Shown: positions 10,177 through 20,236, counted from the stretch's first letter. The stretch: DNA of 64,000 nt from Endomicrobiales bacterium (GCA_963794945.1 CAWCFT010000002.1:96001-160000); one strand, 5' to 3'. Numbers and translations are program-made. Notes: a model not told the origin generated them from the letters alone.

Positions 10177-11010
10177 GTGAAAATATTTATAACCGGTATT
10201 TTCGTTTTGTTTATAACGGCAGCGTCCTGCTCGGCGGACACTATTTTCCTGAACGACGGGCAGGCTATCAGGGGAGATATAACATCTGAAAGCGCGGACT
10301 CCGTAATGATCCAAACTTATAACGGCGGGGAAGAAAGGATCGAAAGGAATTACATAGCGAGAATAGTGAGAGAAGAAAATTTCTTCAGTTACAGGCGCAT
10401 GATGAGGAACGGCTACGTGAGCGGCGGGCAGTGGTTCAGCGATGAGTGGATATTCCAGATCGGCGTCGATTTTGACGGCACGCACGAAGTATCCAACGGC
10501 AGCCTGTCTGTCGCTGGTTCGCCCACCCAATCCACTAACAGCTCGCAGCACGTCAACTCCGGGATGTCCATAGGGTGGCAATACGTGTCTTATCTCGACA
10601 AGAACTTCGGTATCGGCGGCGGGGTGGATATACAGTCGCTCAGGAGCCTTTCCGACGGGTCGGGAAGTTTCGGGTTCACGCCGATCTACGGGCTTATAAA
10701 AGCGCGCACGAATCCCGGAAAAAGGAATTCTTTTGAATATCTGATCGGCGAGATAGGCTACAACTTCCTCGACGGTGATGTGAACTATGCCGGAAGGAAC
10801 GGTTCGCTGGACGGGGGGCTGTATTTCGGGGTTGGCGCGGGAGTAAGCATTAACAGGGTCAAGGTCGAACTGCTTTATACCGAAGACAGGGGCAAGGTAA
10901 GCGATTCCGGCTACATGTTCAACTCTGCTACTAACACGTACAACTATTTTACCGAATCGGGCGATATCAAATATTCCAAGCTCGGGCTTAATATAGGTTT
11001 TATATTTTAG
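10177..11010 (+). CDS. Outer-membrane beta-barrel hypothetical protein
   Basis: Signal peptide, N-terminal DTIFLNDGQ.I.G.I domain, alternating strands, C-terminal GFIF. Confidence 0.7.
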   Translation: MKIFITGIFVLFITAASCSADTIFLNDGQAIRGDITSESADSVMIQTYNGGEERIERNYIARIVREENFFSYRRMMRNGYVSGGQWFSDEWIFQIGVDFDGTHEVSNGSLSVAGSPTQSTNSSQHVNSGMSIGWQYVSYLDKNFGIGGGVDIQSLRSLSDGSGSFGFTPIYGLIKARTNPGKRNSFEYLIGEIGYNFLDGDVNYAGRNGSLDGGLYFGVGAGVSINRVKVELLYTEDRGKVSDSGYMFNSATNTYNYFTESGDIKYSKLGLNIGFIF

Positions 11011-11014
11011 AGCG

Positions 11015-13135
11015 TTAGCCGCGCTGATCTATCTTTACAAGCTTGATCATTATTAGCGCTACCAGCGTCCCTACTATCGCGCCCGCCAGCACGTCCAGCG
11101 GGAAATGCACGCCGATATATATCCTCGATAGCCCCATGCAAACGGCTCCGCAATAGAACAGCCACCAGTATTTTTTGAACCTTGAAGTGAGATAAGTAGC
11201 CACGCTGAACGCTATCTGGCTGTGGCCCGACGGGAATGAACCCCTTTCCAGCAGTTCGTTGAACACGCGCACCTTGCTGCCGAATATCACAAGGGGCCTC
11301 ATCCTGCCAAAATATTCTTTCAGAAAATGCACCAGTATCCCGCCTAATCCTATTATTCCTATGAATAGTATGAATTCCGCGAGGAATTTTTCACGCTTGG
11401 TAAACCAGAGCAGTATGCCCACCACCGCCACAAGTATCACAAGCCCCGAATTAAAACCGTAGTCCGTGTCGAACTTTGTGAATTTCCACATCATGTAATT
11501 GGCCGCGTTTATGTCTATCTGCCTGTTGAAGAGCCAGAACAGCCTGTAGTCAAGCTTCCTGGCACCTTCCATTATCGTTAGCTTTTTTCCGGCGGCCTCG
11601 GACGTGTATTCCGCTGGAAGGTCCTTGAGCCTGAACTTCCTGCCGACGGTTATCCAGAACACGCGCACCTTTTTGCCCGAACGGTATATGTCCACCGTCA
11701 CCGGCTTTTCCCAGGACTCGAAAGGATAAACCTTTGAAGGGTCAACATAAAAATAATCATTCGTAACGAACACGCCGTCCTTGCCGTCCAGCGCGCTCAG
11801 GTCCCTCTGCCAGAAGTCGTAGGCGTCTATCCTGTCGCTGAGCGAGTAAACGCGCGGGTGGCCTGGGATATAGAAACTCAGCTGGCTCGCTATGTAGTGC
11901 CTGTGCGTGAAAATAAACGGCTTCGCGCCGGTTTGTCGGGCTATTATCTCGTTGATCTTATTTCCGGCTTCTTTCCAGCCGTAAAGCTCGTTGGTGACGT
12001 CTATCTTCTCGGCTTTTGTGATGCCGTCCTCGATCTTGGAGGCCTCGGCCTTTGGAAGAAGAATCTCGGGAGGTATCACCTTGAACATCGCCTGCAGCGG
12101 TATAAGAACGCATAGCAGCAGCCCGACAAGCGCACCGGTAATTGCCGTTGCCCTGAACCATTTTTTGCCCCAGTAATTTACACCCAGTTCCGCCGCGGCT
12201 GGCGTCAGTATAAGGTAGCCCATCGCCGGCCAGTGAGGCAGTATCTCGTTGAAGCTCGCTATAAGGTTGAACAGGAACAGCGTGGGGAAAGAGAACGCGA
12301 ATATAAGCAGAGCCTTGTCATCTTTGTCTTTGAACGTTCTTACAGCGCTTAGCGCCAGAGCCCACCAGAGGCCGAAAAATATTACCGGAGAAACGTACCC
12401 GGCCTGGGTGCCGAGGCACTTGCCCAAAAGGGCGATCGAAAAATGCGGAGCGCTCTTGCCCATGCCGTGCCTCAGCTGGAAGCCGAACGACGCGAACGAG
12501 TTCTGGAGGTTCCAAATTATCACCGGCAGGAAAATTACCAGCGCTATCCCAAGCGCGATGTAAGGCTCTTTCCTCTCTAAGTGGTGCCTGTGTTCTTTTG
12601 AGCATAATAGATAGAGCCCGGCCGATACCGGCAGAAGTACGGCGTTGTATTTGCTTAGGAGCGCAAAACCCAGTGTTACTCCCAGGACATACCAGTAGGC
12701 CGGTTTATTGTCCCTGACCATCCTGTAGAACACATGCAAAAATATCATCCAGAACAACGACAGAGGCGTGTCCGGTATAGTGACCACCGCGCCCAGAAAA
12801 GAAAAAACCGGTATGACGTTTAGAAGCACGGTAGCCCAGAAAGCTGTTTTTTCTCCGTAAAGGTCTTTAGCGAGCTTGTATATCAGGCAGGATACCGCTA
12901 CGAATATAAGTACAGCCGGCAAACGCACCGCGAATTCCGTGTTGCCGAAAACCGAAGTGAACGCCTTTATAAGCCATGCGACGAACGGCGGGTGGTCAAA
13001 ATACGAAAGCTGGGGATATCTCGTGTAGGTCCAGTAATGGGCCTCGTCGCCGGTAAGCCCGATGCGGCCAATTATCAACAGGCGCAGCAGCGCGGTAAAG
13101 ACAGTTATTATCCAGAATAGTGTTTGATAGGCCAT
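11015..13135 (-). CDS. ArnT/PMT-family (GT-C) glycosyltransferase fused to a C-terminal PAP2 phosphatase
   Basis: DEAHYW..YFDHPP, AVRLP, PDTPL, LSKY; C-terminal K..FGRMRP, SFPSGHS, SRIYIGVHFPLDVLAG. Confidence 0.88.
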   Translation of the reverse strand: MAYQTLFWIITVFTALLRLLIIGRIGLTGDEAHYWTYTRYPQLSYFDHPPFVAWLIKAFTSVFGNTEFAVRLPAVLIFVAVSCLIYKLAKDLYGEKTAFWATVLLNVIPVFSFLGAVVTIPDTPLSLFWMIFLHVFYRMVRDNKPAYWYVLGVTLGFALLSKYNAVLLPVSAGLYLLCSKEHRHHLERKEPYIALGIALVIFLPVIIWNLQNSFASFGFQLRHGMGKSAPHFSIALLGKCLGTQAGYVSPVIFFGLWWALALSAVRTFKDKDDKALLIFAFSFPTLFLFNLIASFNEILPHWPAMGYLILTPAAAELGVNYWGKKWFRATAITGALVGLLLCVLIPLQAMFKVIPPEILLPKAEASKIEDGITKAEKIDVTNELYGWKEAGNKINEIIARQTGAKPFIFTHRHYIASQLSFYIPGHPRVYSLSDRIDAYDFWQRDLSALDGKDGVFVTNDYFYVDPSKVYPFESWEKPVTVDIYRSGKKVRVFWITVGRKFRLKDLPAEYTSEAAGKKLTIMEGARKLDYRLFWLFNRQIDINAANYMMWKFTKFDTDYGFNSGLVILVAVVGILLWFTKREKFLAEFILFIGIIGLGGILVHFLKEYFGRMRPLVIFGSKVRVFNELLERGSFPSGHSQIAFSVATYLTSRFKKYWWLFYCGAVCMGLSRIYIGVHFPLDVLAGAIVGTLVALIMIKLVKIDQRG

Positions 13136-13148
13136 ATTATTTTAAAAT

Positions 13149-13260
13149 AAAAAATCAAATATCAAAAATCAAATTTAACGTACCGCGTGGGGCTTATTTA
13201 AAATTGTTTTATGAGCAAAACTCCTAAATTTTGATCTTTGATTTTTAACATTTGACATTT
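13149..13260. repeat. AT-rich heptad inverted-repeat element (family A)
   Basis: Left arm aaatcaaatatcaaaaatcaaattt, right arm ttttgatctttgatttttaacatttga. Confidence 0.7.
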
Positions 13261-13281
13261 AGTAGTTATCGGCATGATCAG

Positions 13282-13992
13282 TTATTTTAACTTTAGCAGC
13301 CACACCCTTAAGAGGTATTTGAGGAGCGTTAACGGTTTTAATTTGGATTCGCCGGCTATCCTCGGCAGAAATTCGATGGGTATCTCGCTGATCTTTATTG
13401 AATTCTTTTTGGCATAAAAAAGCACTTCGGTCACTATGAAGGGGTCTCTCGCTGAAAGCCTGGGAAGTATTTTCTCCAGCGCGCCTCTTTCAAAAAGCCT
13501 GAAACCCGAGCTCGGGTCTTTGACCTTTATTCCCAGCACGAAAGAGAGGTACCTGCGGGCAAAGCCGCTTATCGTTTTGCGGAGCGCTGTGCGCGCCTCG
13601 TCTTTGCCTCCGGCCACGTAGCGTGACCCTATCACTATCCCGCCGCCTGCGGCGTTGGCGAAAAGCGTGGGGATATAGGCCGGGGAATGCGAGCCGTCGC
13701 CGTCCATCTCCACGACGTACTTGGCGCCCATCTCTAAAGCTTTTTTAAAACCGTCTATTCCGGCCCACCCCCTGCCGCGGTTCTCTTTTCTTAACAGGAG
13801 GTGCACACGCTTGTCGGTCCTTGCCATTTCTTCAACAAGCTTGTAAGTCCCGTCCGGTGAGAAATCGTCAACTACCAGCACCTCAATGTTCAGTGGAAGC
13901 GCGAGTATCTCGGAAACCACCTGCTTTATATTACCAGCTTCGTTGTAGGTAGGGATGACTGCAATAATGTCCACTTTAAGATCCTTATCCAA
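13282..13992 (-). CDS. Polyprenol monophosphosugar synthase (GT2, Dpm1-like)
   Basis: IPTYNEAGNI, VVDDFSPDGT, MDGDGSH, GSRY..GG, D.SSGFR. Confidence 0.9.
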   Translation of the reverse strand: MDKDLKVDIIAVIPTYNEAGNIKQVVSEILALPLNIEVLVVDDFSPDGTYKLVEEMARTDKRVHLLLRKENRGRGWAGIDGFKKALEMGAKYVVEMDGDGSHSPAYIPTLFANAAGGGIVIGSRYVAGGKDEARTALRKTISGFARRYLSFVLGIKVKDPSSGFRLFERGALEKILPRLSARDPFIVTEVLFYAKKNSIKISEIPIEFLPRIAGESKLKPLTLLKYLLRVWLLKLK

Positions 13993-14093
13993 AAATCAAA
14001 TATTAAATATCAAAATTATGGTTAACAACTGATAAGATAATATTCTCAAGTTTTGATATGCAATTTTGATCTTTGATTCTTGATATTTGATAT
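13991..14093. repeat. Heptad inverted-repeat element (family A), overlapping the GT9 3' end
   Basis: aaaaatcaaatattaaatatcaaaatt ... aattttgatctttgattcttgatatttgat. Confidence 0.7.
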
Positions 14094-15212
14094 CTCTTCC
14101 ATGTGTTTGCTCACGGCATTTAATACTTCGGCCGGGCTTATCAGTTTCATGCAGTCGGGGCGCACATCGCAGTCGGGCAGGTAACAGCACGCGCACTTGG
14201 CCGGGCTCACTATCTTTGTCCCGCGGCCGTACATCTCAATCTCAGCTGATGACGTCGGGCCGAACAGCGCGACCGCTTTCTTTTTAAGGCCCAGCGCGGC
14301 GTGCAGGGCCAGCGTGTCTCCGGAAACCATGATGTCGCTCAGGTCAAGCAGAGCGAAAAAATCAAGGAGTGAATTGTCCGTCCCGGCGCTTACGGCTTTG
14401 CCTTTGGAAGCCTTTACGAGTTTGGTTATGAGGTCCTTTTCTTCTTTGCCGCCGTAAAGCACGGCTTTCGCGCCGAGGCCGTGCACGGCGTTTATCAGTT
14501 TGACATAACCCGCGTCGGTCCATTTCTTGAACCTCCAGCGGCCGCCGGCGCCGGGGTTTATTCCAACCACAGTCTCGCCTGTAAGCTTGTTGCGGCGGGC
14601 AAACTCCATCGCCTTCCGCACGGACTTTTTATCGAGGGGGGTATATATCTCGTAATCGCCTCTATCGAGGCCGGTGATCTTCGACATCCACCACTGGTAG
14701 GTTCCCCTGTTCTTCTTTTTAATGTCGTCGAACGCGCTCATCGAGAGCCACTTGCGCGCGTAGGGCCCCGAACACTCCACCCTGCGTCCGTGGCCCAGCC
14801 AGAAACCCAGTTTCCTGCCGGCCGAGGCAAGCGTCGCCAGCCCCAGGCTTTCGGGAGCGAGGTCGAGGTTTATGCGAACATCGAACCTTTCTTTTGTTAT
14901 CTTGCCGAATATATCGCAGTCGAAATTCCACACACGGCTCACGCTGGGGTTTTTTTCGAGTATCACCGCGGAATGCGGCGCCACTATCCAGGTTACTTCG
15001 GGGTTATTGTATTTTTTCTTGAGGCCTTCAAGCAGGAATGTTGTGCGCAGGACGTCGCCCATCGCGCCGATCTTCACGATAAGGACCTTCTTCCTTTTCG
15101 CCTGGGCGTTAACGGAAACGTATTTACCGCACGAAACGCATTTGATGCCGCTCTTCTTGTGAAAAGCGCAGGGCCTGTCCAGCGGGAAATGTACGCAGTC
15201 AGTTCTTACCAT
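14046..15212 (-). CDS. Glycosyltransferase family 9 (LPS heptosyltransferase-like) with Cys-rich termini
   Basis: KIGAMGDVLRTT, INPGAG..W..KKW, DTLALHAA..LFGPTS; start placed at MVRTDC. Confidence 0.88.
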   Translation of the reverse strand: MVRTDCVHFPLDRPCAFHKKSGIKCVSCGKYVSVNAQAKRKKVLIVKIGAMGDVLRTTFLLEGLKKKYNNPEVTWIVAPHSAVILEKNPSVSRVWNFDCDIFGKITKERFDVRINLDLAPESLGLATLASAGRKLGFWLGHGRRVECSGPYARKWLSMSAFDDIKKKNRGTYQWWMSKITGLDRGDYEIYTPLDKKSVRKAMEFARRNKLTGETVVGINPGAGGRWRFKKWTDAGYVKLINAVHGLGAKAVLYGGKEEKDLITKLVKASKGKAVSAGTDNSLLDFFALLDLSDIMVSGDTLALHAALGLKKKAVALFGPTSSAEIEMYGRGTKIVSPAKCACCYLPDCDVRPDCMKLISPAEVLNAVSKHMEEISNIKNQRSKLHIKT

Positions 15213-15273
15213 ATAGAGAGTAAGAATACCAAATTTTTGTTTCTCCGTCAAATATGGTATAATTCCAAAAGCT

Positions 15274-15358
15274 AATTAAAAATTGAAAATTAGAAAATTT
15301 AAGATTTCAAATATACCGATAATTTTTAATCTTCAATCTTGAATCTTAAATTTCGAAT
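15274..15358. repeat. Heptad inverted-repeat element (family B, AAGATT/AATCTT)
   Basis: aaaattgaaaattagaaaatttaagattt ... aatcttcaatcttgaatcttaaattt. Confidence 0.6.
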
Positions 15359-15371
15359 GCTTAAAAACAAT

Positions 15372-16163
15372 ATGAACACCAAACTTCATAAGTTAACTAA
15401 ACTCCTCAAATCATATCGCAGGGTGCTCATCGCCTATTCCGGCGGGGTGGATTCTACATTCCTGCTCGCGTTCGCGGTTAAAGCGCTGGGAAAGGGCAAC
15501 GTTCTGGCGGTTACAGCGGTCAGCGAGACATACCCGGCAAACGAGCTTAAGAACGCGAAGCGGTTCGGGAAACTCATCGGCGCCGGCCAGATATTTATCA
15601 AGTCGGCGGAGCTAAAGAACAAAAACTTCCGCGCCAACCCGCTCAACCGCTGTTTTTACTGCAAGATGGAGCTCTTCAAAAAACTTTCGGCTATGGCCAA
15701 AAAGAGGGGCATGGTTCTCCTCGACGCCACCAATTATTCCGACCGCTCGGATTTCCGGCCCGGAAGGCTTGCGGCCAAAAAACTCAAGGTCAAGTCTCCC
15801 CTGCTGGACGCCCGCATAACAAAAGATGAGCTGAGAGGTTTCAGCCGCGCCATGCATCTTCCCAACTGGGACGCTCCTGCCCAGGCCTGCCTCGCCTCGC
15901 GCCTGCCTTACGGCACCGGCATTTCGGAAGACATATTAAGAAGGATAGAAAAAGGGGAATCGTACCTCAAAAAGGCCGGGTTCAGGGTTTTCAGGCTGAG
16001 GCACCACGGGGACATCGCGCGGATAGAAGTCGCAAAGAATGAGCTGCGCGGATTGCTCGGCGCTGACATAAGTCGCCTTTCGGCGTACCTCAAAAAACTC
16101 GGCTGGCGCTACGTGACCGTCGACCTCGAAGGCTACCGCACCGGCAGCCTAAATCCGAGATAG
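15372..16163 (+). CDS. larE: ATP-dependent sacrificial sulfur transferase LarE
   Basis: AYSGGVDST PP-loop, NP.NRCFYCK, D.RPG, ACLASR.PYG, RLRHHG..ARIE, GYRTGSLN. Confidence 0.92.
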   Translation: MNTKLHKLTKLLKSYRRVLIAYSGGVDSTFLLAFAVKALGKGNVLAVTAVSETYPANELKNAKRFGKLIGAGQIFIKSAELKNKNFRANPLNRCFYCKMELFKKLSAMAKKRGMVLLDATNYSDRSDFRPGRLAAKKLKVKSPLLDARITKDELRGFSRAMHLPNWDAPAQACLASRLPYGTGISEDILRRIEKGESYLKKAGFRVFRLRHHGDIARIEVAKNELRGLLGADISRLSAYLKKLGWRYVTVDLEGYRTGSLNPR

Positions 16164-16166
16164 GAC

Positions 16167-16246
16167 AATTCAAGATTTTGAAAATTGAAGATTTAAAATT
16201 ATGGAGCCTTTAATCTTCAAAATCTTCTAATCTTTAATTTTTAATC
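16167..16246. repeat. Heptad inverted-repeat element (family B)
   Basis: aattcaagattttgaaaattgaagattt ... aatcttcaaaatcttctaatctttaatt. Confidence 0.6.
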
Positions 16247-16306
16247 GTTTTCGCGGGCTTGACACGCACCTAATTAATTTATATAAGTTACAGCACAAAA
16301 CAAATA

Positions 16307-16449
16307 GAGATTATTGAAAAATCTAATAACCTCTGATTTCGCAGATTTTCAGAGATTACACAGATTACGTCAGGTTTTGCCGGGAATCTATGTAATCTAT
16401 TTCAGTAATCTGTGTAATCAAGGCAGTTGATAGATTATCAACTTTCTGA
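16307..16449 (-). mobile_element. MITE-like element, family C (terminal hairpins plus internal GATTACAC repeats)
   Basis: Reverse complement aligns by eye end to end with 54443..54563. Confidence 0.65.
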
Positions 16450-16534
16450 GTTGAAAATATTTTTATTTAAGGCTTGAATTACAAGGCAATAAGCGTAGAC
16501 TATACGTATAGTAATTTAACCGCGGAAAATATAA

Positions 16535-18034
16535 ATGAAAAAGCAGCACAAGGCTCCATTATTCGACACGCTTCTTGCCCACGCAAAGCGGAAAGTCACA
16601 TCTTTCCACACCCCCGGGCACAAGAACGGCCGCGGCATAGACCAGAAACTTAAATCATTCACGGGCGACGGCGGCTATTATTTCGACGTCACCGTGTTCC
16701 CTGAAGTCGATTCCCTGCACGACCCGCTCGGCCCCATAAAGAGAGCCGAGGAGCTTATGGCGAGGGCCTACGGCGTCGAGCACTCGTTCTTCCTTGTCAA
16801 CGGCTCCACGGTCGGCAACATCGCGATGATACTTTCCGCCTGCAAGCCGGGCAACTCGATAATAGTTTCAAGGAGTTCGCATAAATCTATAATGGCGGGC
16901 ATAATACTCGCTGGCGTGTGGCCCATCTGGATACAGCCGAAGATAGACCAGAACCTCGACATAATTTTCAATTCTTCAGCCGACGAGATAGAAGAAGCGC
17001 TCAACAGGTACCCGGAAGCGAAGGCCGTGTTCATCACGAGCCCTACTTACAACGGCATAACTACCGACCTTTTCAAGATAGCCGAGCTCTGCCATCTGCG
17101 CGGAAAGATACTTTTGGTTGACGAGGCCCACGGCGCGCACCTGAAGTTCCACAAGGACCTCCCGGTCTCGGCCGTGGAAGCGGGCGCCGATCTCTGCGTG
17201 CAGTCCACTCACAAGATCCTTTCTGCCCTTTCACAGGGTTCGGCCCTGCATTTTAACTCGAGCCTGCTGGAAGCACACAGGGTAAAGAACATAGTCTCCA
17301 TGCTTCAGACCACGAGCCCCAACTATTTGATACTCGCGAGCCTCGACCTCGCTCGCCGCCAGGCGGCTGTCCAGGGCGAGGCGATGCTCGACAAAGTCAT
17401 GCAGGCGGCCGATTTCGGCAGGAAGCAGATAAACAGGCTCGCCAAGTTCTCGTGCTTTTCGCGCCAGCACATAAACAGCCTAGGCTACGACCTTGACCCC
17501 ACAAAACTAACTATAAATGTAACCCGCACCGGTTACTCCGGCTACCAGATTGAAGACATACTGGCAAAAGAGTATAATGTCCAGGTTGATTGCGCCGACA
17601 TATTCAACCTTATAGCCATAATGGGTATCGGTTCCGACAAAAGCGACGTCCAGCAGCTCGTTGACGCGCTTGAGGACATCGAGGCCAAGTACCACGGCCA
17701 GCAGCAGAACTGGATACTCCAGATACCGTCGCTTTCCACAGAAATGGTCATGATGCCGCGCGACGTGTTCCTTATGTCGAAGACAAAAAGGGTGCCGCTG
17801 TCGAAAGCGGCCGGGTTTATCTCGGCGCAAACGCTTACGCCGTACCCTCCAGGCATACCGGTGCTGATACCCGGCGAGCGCGTTACAAAAGAGATAGTCG
17901 ATTACCTCATGGACCTTTCGGCCAAGGACATCAGGATAAGCGGCCAGGAAACGAAACAAGTTGAAGACGGTAAAAGTAGTGGCAAGTTAGAAAAATTCAA
18001 AAATCAAAAATATGTATCCACTTTTGGAGTATAA
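16535..18034 (+). CDS. Orn/Lys/Arg decarboxylase (PLP fold I); probable frameshift in the last codons, true end near 17990
   Basis: SFHTPGHK.G, FLVNGST, VDEAHGAH, QSTHK, QTTSPNY, PYPPGIP. Confidence 0.9.
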   Translation: MKKQHKAPLFDTLLAHAKRKVTSFHTPGHKNGRGIDQKLKSFTGDGGYYFDVTVFPEVDSLHDPLGPIKRAEELMARAYGVEHSFFLVNGSTVGNIAMILSACKPGNSIIVSRSSHKSIMAGIILAGVWPIWIQPKIDQNLDIIFNSSADEIEEALNRYPEAKAVFITSPTYNGITTDLFKIAELCHLRGKILLVDEAHGAHLKFHKDLPVSAVEAGADLCVQSTHKILSALSQGSALHFNSSLLEAHRVKNIVSMLQTTSPNYLILASLDLARRQAAVQGEAMLDKVMQAADFGRKQINRLAKFSCFSRQHINSLGYDLDPTKLTINVTRTGYSGYQIEDILAKEYNVQVDCADIFNLIAIMGIGSDKSDVQQLVDALEDIEAKYHGQQQNWILQIPSLSTEMVMMPRDVFLMSKTKRVPLSKAAGFISAQTLTPYPPGIPVLIPGERVTKEIVDYLMDLSAKDIRISGQETKQVEDGKSSGKLEKFKNQKYVSTFGV

Positions 18035-18094
18035 TTTAAATATACCGCAAAGCGGCGCATGAATTTTGATATTTAATGTTTGATATTTGATATT
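17991..18094. repeat. Heptad inverted-repeat element (family A)
   Basis: aaaattcaaaaatcaaaaat ... ccgcaaagcgg ... ttttgatatttaatgtttgatatttgatatt. Confidence 0.7.
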
Positions 18095-18117
18095 AAGACT
18101 AAAATAAGAGGTGACCA

Positions 18118-18462
18118 ATGAACAAGAAAGACATGCTCCAGTTCAAGAAAACATTGATCGCGAAACGGGACGACCTGCTCGCGGTGGTAAAATCGAAAAA
18201 GGAGCACGACCTCACCGACGTCGAGATAGGCGACGAGATAGACAGCGCCTCGCAGAACGTGGAGAAGGAAATGCTTTTCGAGCTTAACGATAACGAGAAA
18301 CAGATATTGGATTCCATCGAATCGGCCCTGCGCCGCATCGAAAAGGGGAGCTTCGGGCTCTGCGAGTCCTGCCGCCAGAAAATAGCGGATAAACGCCTCA
18401 CCGCCATCCCCTGGGTGCGCTACTGCATAGACTGCCAGTCCAGTTCCGAAAAACCCAAATAG
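18118..18462 (+). CDS. dksA: TraR/DksA family transcription factor
   Basis: GDEIDSA coiled-coil tip, ALRRI..GSFGLCESC..I...RL.AIPW..YCIDCQ zinc finger. Confidence 0.88.
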   Translation: MNKKDMLQFKKTLIAKRDDLLAVVKSKKEHDLTDVEIGDEIDSASQNVEKEMLFELNDNEKQILDSIESALRRIEKGSFGLCESCRQKIADKRLTAIPWVRYCIDCQSSSEKPK

Positions 18463-18465
18463 AAT

Positions 18466-19520
18466 ATGCTGGGAATAATTCCGGGATTTAACGACGATAT
18501 CTTGAGGTACGTTCAGGCGCTTTTGGTGCTGCTGCTTTTTACCCTCTGGGCCTGATAATAAGGAAAGTCGTTTTTTTCTATTTCAAGCAGTGGTCGGAAA
18601 GGGCCGGCAGCAGGTACGGCGGCCTTATAGCGGAGCGGAGCAGGTTCCACGTCCTTTTCTGGACATACCTCGTCGGCGCCTACATCGCGGTAAAGATAGC
18701 GCCCTTAAGCGGCGACACGCTTATCCTCGCCCACAAGGGTTTGTTCTCTCTCTTAATAGTTTCGCTGACGTTCCTCGGCTCAAACATCATCTCTGACATC
18801 GCCAAAGTCTACAGCCGCAAAGCATCGTTTAGCATACCTCTCACAAGCCTTACAGAAAACCTCATAAAGATATCGGTGGTAACAGTCGGCGGCCTCATTC
18901 TGCTGTCGCACCTCGGCATATCCATAGCGCCTCTGCTCACTGCCCTCGGCGTAGGCTCGCTGGCCGTGGCGCTCGCATTGCAGGACACGCTGACAAACCT
19001 TTTCTCCGGGTTCTACATAATAGCCAACAAACAAACCCGCCCGGGCGACTACATAAAGCTTGATACCGGCCAGGAAGGCTACGTGGTTGATATCGGCTGG
19101 CGCGCGACAAGGATAAAACAGTTTTCCGACAACATAATACTTGTGCCGAACGCAAAGCTCGGTTCCGCGATAGTAACCAATTTCAGCCTTCCGGATAAAG
19201 AACTGACCGTAACGTTGCAGGCCGGCGTTGCGTACTCAAGCGACCTTGAAAAAGTGGAGAAGGTAACTTTAGACGTTGCAAAAGATACTTTGAAGTCAAC
19301 CGAGGGGGGAGTGGCCGATTTTCCGCCCGCGGTGCGTTTCCACACCTTCGGCGATTCGGCCATACTGTTCAACGTAAGTTTAAGGGTTAAGGATTTCGCC
19401 GCGCAGAGCATTGTCACGCACGAGTTCATAAAGAGGCTTCAAAAGAGGTACGCGCAGGAATGTATAGATATGCCGTTCCCCCAGCGCGCGGTTCACCTTA
19501 TCACGCCGGAAAAGAAGTAG
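18466..19520 (+). CDS. mscS: Small-conductance mechanosensitive channel, N-terminal part frameshifted
   Basis: LGVGSLAVALALQDTLTNLFSG, GDYIKL..G.V.DIGWRAT, GVAYSSDL. Confidence 0.88.
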
Positions 19521-20020
19521 CCCTCAGCCCACCGGATCAGCATACCCCCGGACAAGAACAAAACGTAAGGAAGATATTTCGCCTGCCCTGCGTCCAGTTT
19601 TATGCCGGCCGGGCTTTTTGGCGTAACGTGCATTATCAGGGAATTTAAAATATTTTTTACCGCGCTGACGAGCCTTTTTTCGTACAGCATAACCGCTGCC
19701 GCCGCTATACCGCCAATAATCGCGCCGTAAAATCCGCCGAACAAAACAAAGTTAGCGCCCTTGAGACAGCCCACCGCCGCCATGAATTTTACATCGCCCG
19801 CGCCTATCCCGCCCATGGCGTAAAAAAGTATTAGCAGAAGGAAGCCCGTAAAAAGCCCGAACAAAGCGCTCTCAAGCCCGCGCGCTCCGCCGTAAAAGAA
19901 GTTCAGCCCGAACCCGAGTATCACAGCCGCGGCAACCGCGGCGTTGTAAACCTTCCGGTATTTCAGGTCGGTAAACGAACACACTACGAGAAAGATGAAC
20001 AAAACAATATCAATTGTCAT
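19493..20020 (-). CDS. A24 family prepilin peptidase (CpaA/TadV-like)
   Basis: TDLKYRKVYN, GGIGAGDVKF, LPY motifs. Confidence 0.85.
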   Translation of the reverse strand: MTIDIVLFIFLVVCSFTDLKYRKVYNAAVAAAVILGFGLNFFYGGARGLESALFGLFTGFLLLILFYAMGGIGAGDVKFMAAVGCLKGANFVLFGGFYGAIIGGIAAAAVMLYEKRLVSAVKNILNSLIMHVTPKSPAGIKLDAGQAKYLPYVLFLSGGMLIRWAEGYFFSGVIR

Positions 20021-20042
20021 ATAGCCCTTTTGTTTTCGTTTA

Positions 20043-20110
20043 CGTATCTGTGTAATCTACTTTCGAATCTGCGTAATCAAGACCGTTGATGGTATTTTCA
20101 ACGGTCTCAA
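20043..20110 (-). mobile_element. Half copy of MITE family C
   Basis: Reverse complement ttgagaccgttgaaaa..tcaacggtcttgattacgcagatt..gattacacagat matches the start of the 54443 element. Confidence 0.6.
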
Positions 20111-20152
20111 TTTAGCAAAAACATACAGGCAAGTCAAAGTGCGCCGAAGCAT

Positions 20153-20204
20153 TTGACAAGAATATTAAATAATGATATATATATGTAAGTAAACAGTCAC
20201 TTAC
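20153..20204 (+). promoter_or_regulatory. Sigma70 promoter with overlapping TetR-type operator
   Basis: ttgaca at 20153, 17-nt spacer, tatata; palindrome gtaagt-N8-acttac at 20185..20204. Confidence 0.65.
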
Positions 20205-20236
20205 TTAGCGATCAGCCGTAAATGGAGGGTAATTAA

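Noticed and set aside
14481..15275. 264-aa plus-strand ORF and other long antisense ORFs (e.g. 50687..51457, 53390..54097)
   Set aside because: Shadows of well-supported genes on the opposite strand, with no motifs of their own
13149..18094. CRISPR array suggested by recurring AT-rich repeats
   Set aside because: Copies are dispersed, degenerate and inverted, with no regular repeat-spacer periodicity and no cas genes
19493..20020. Tad pilus locus suggested by the A24 peptidase and DUF192
   Set aside because: The genes are 22 kb apart and no pilin, ATPase or secretin is in the window
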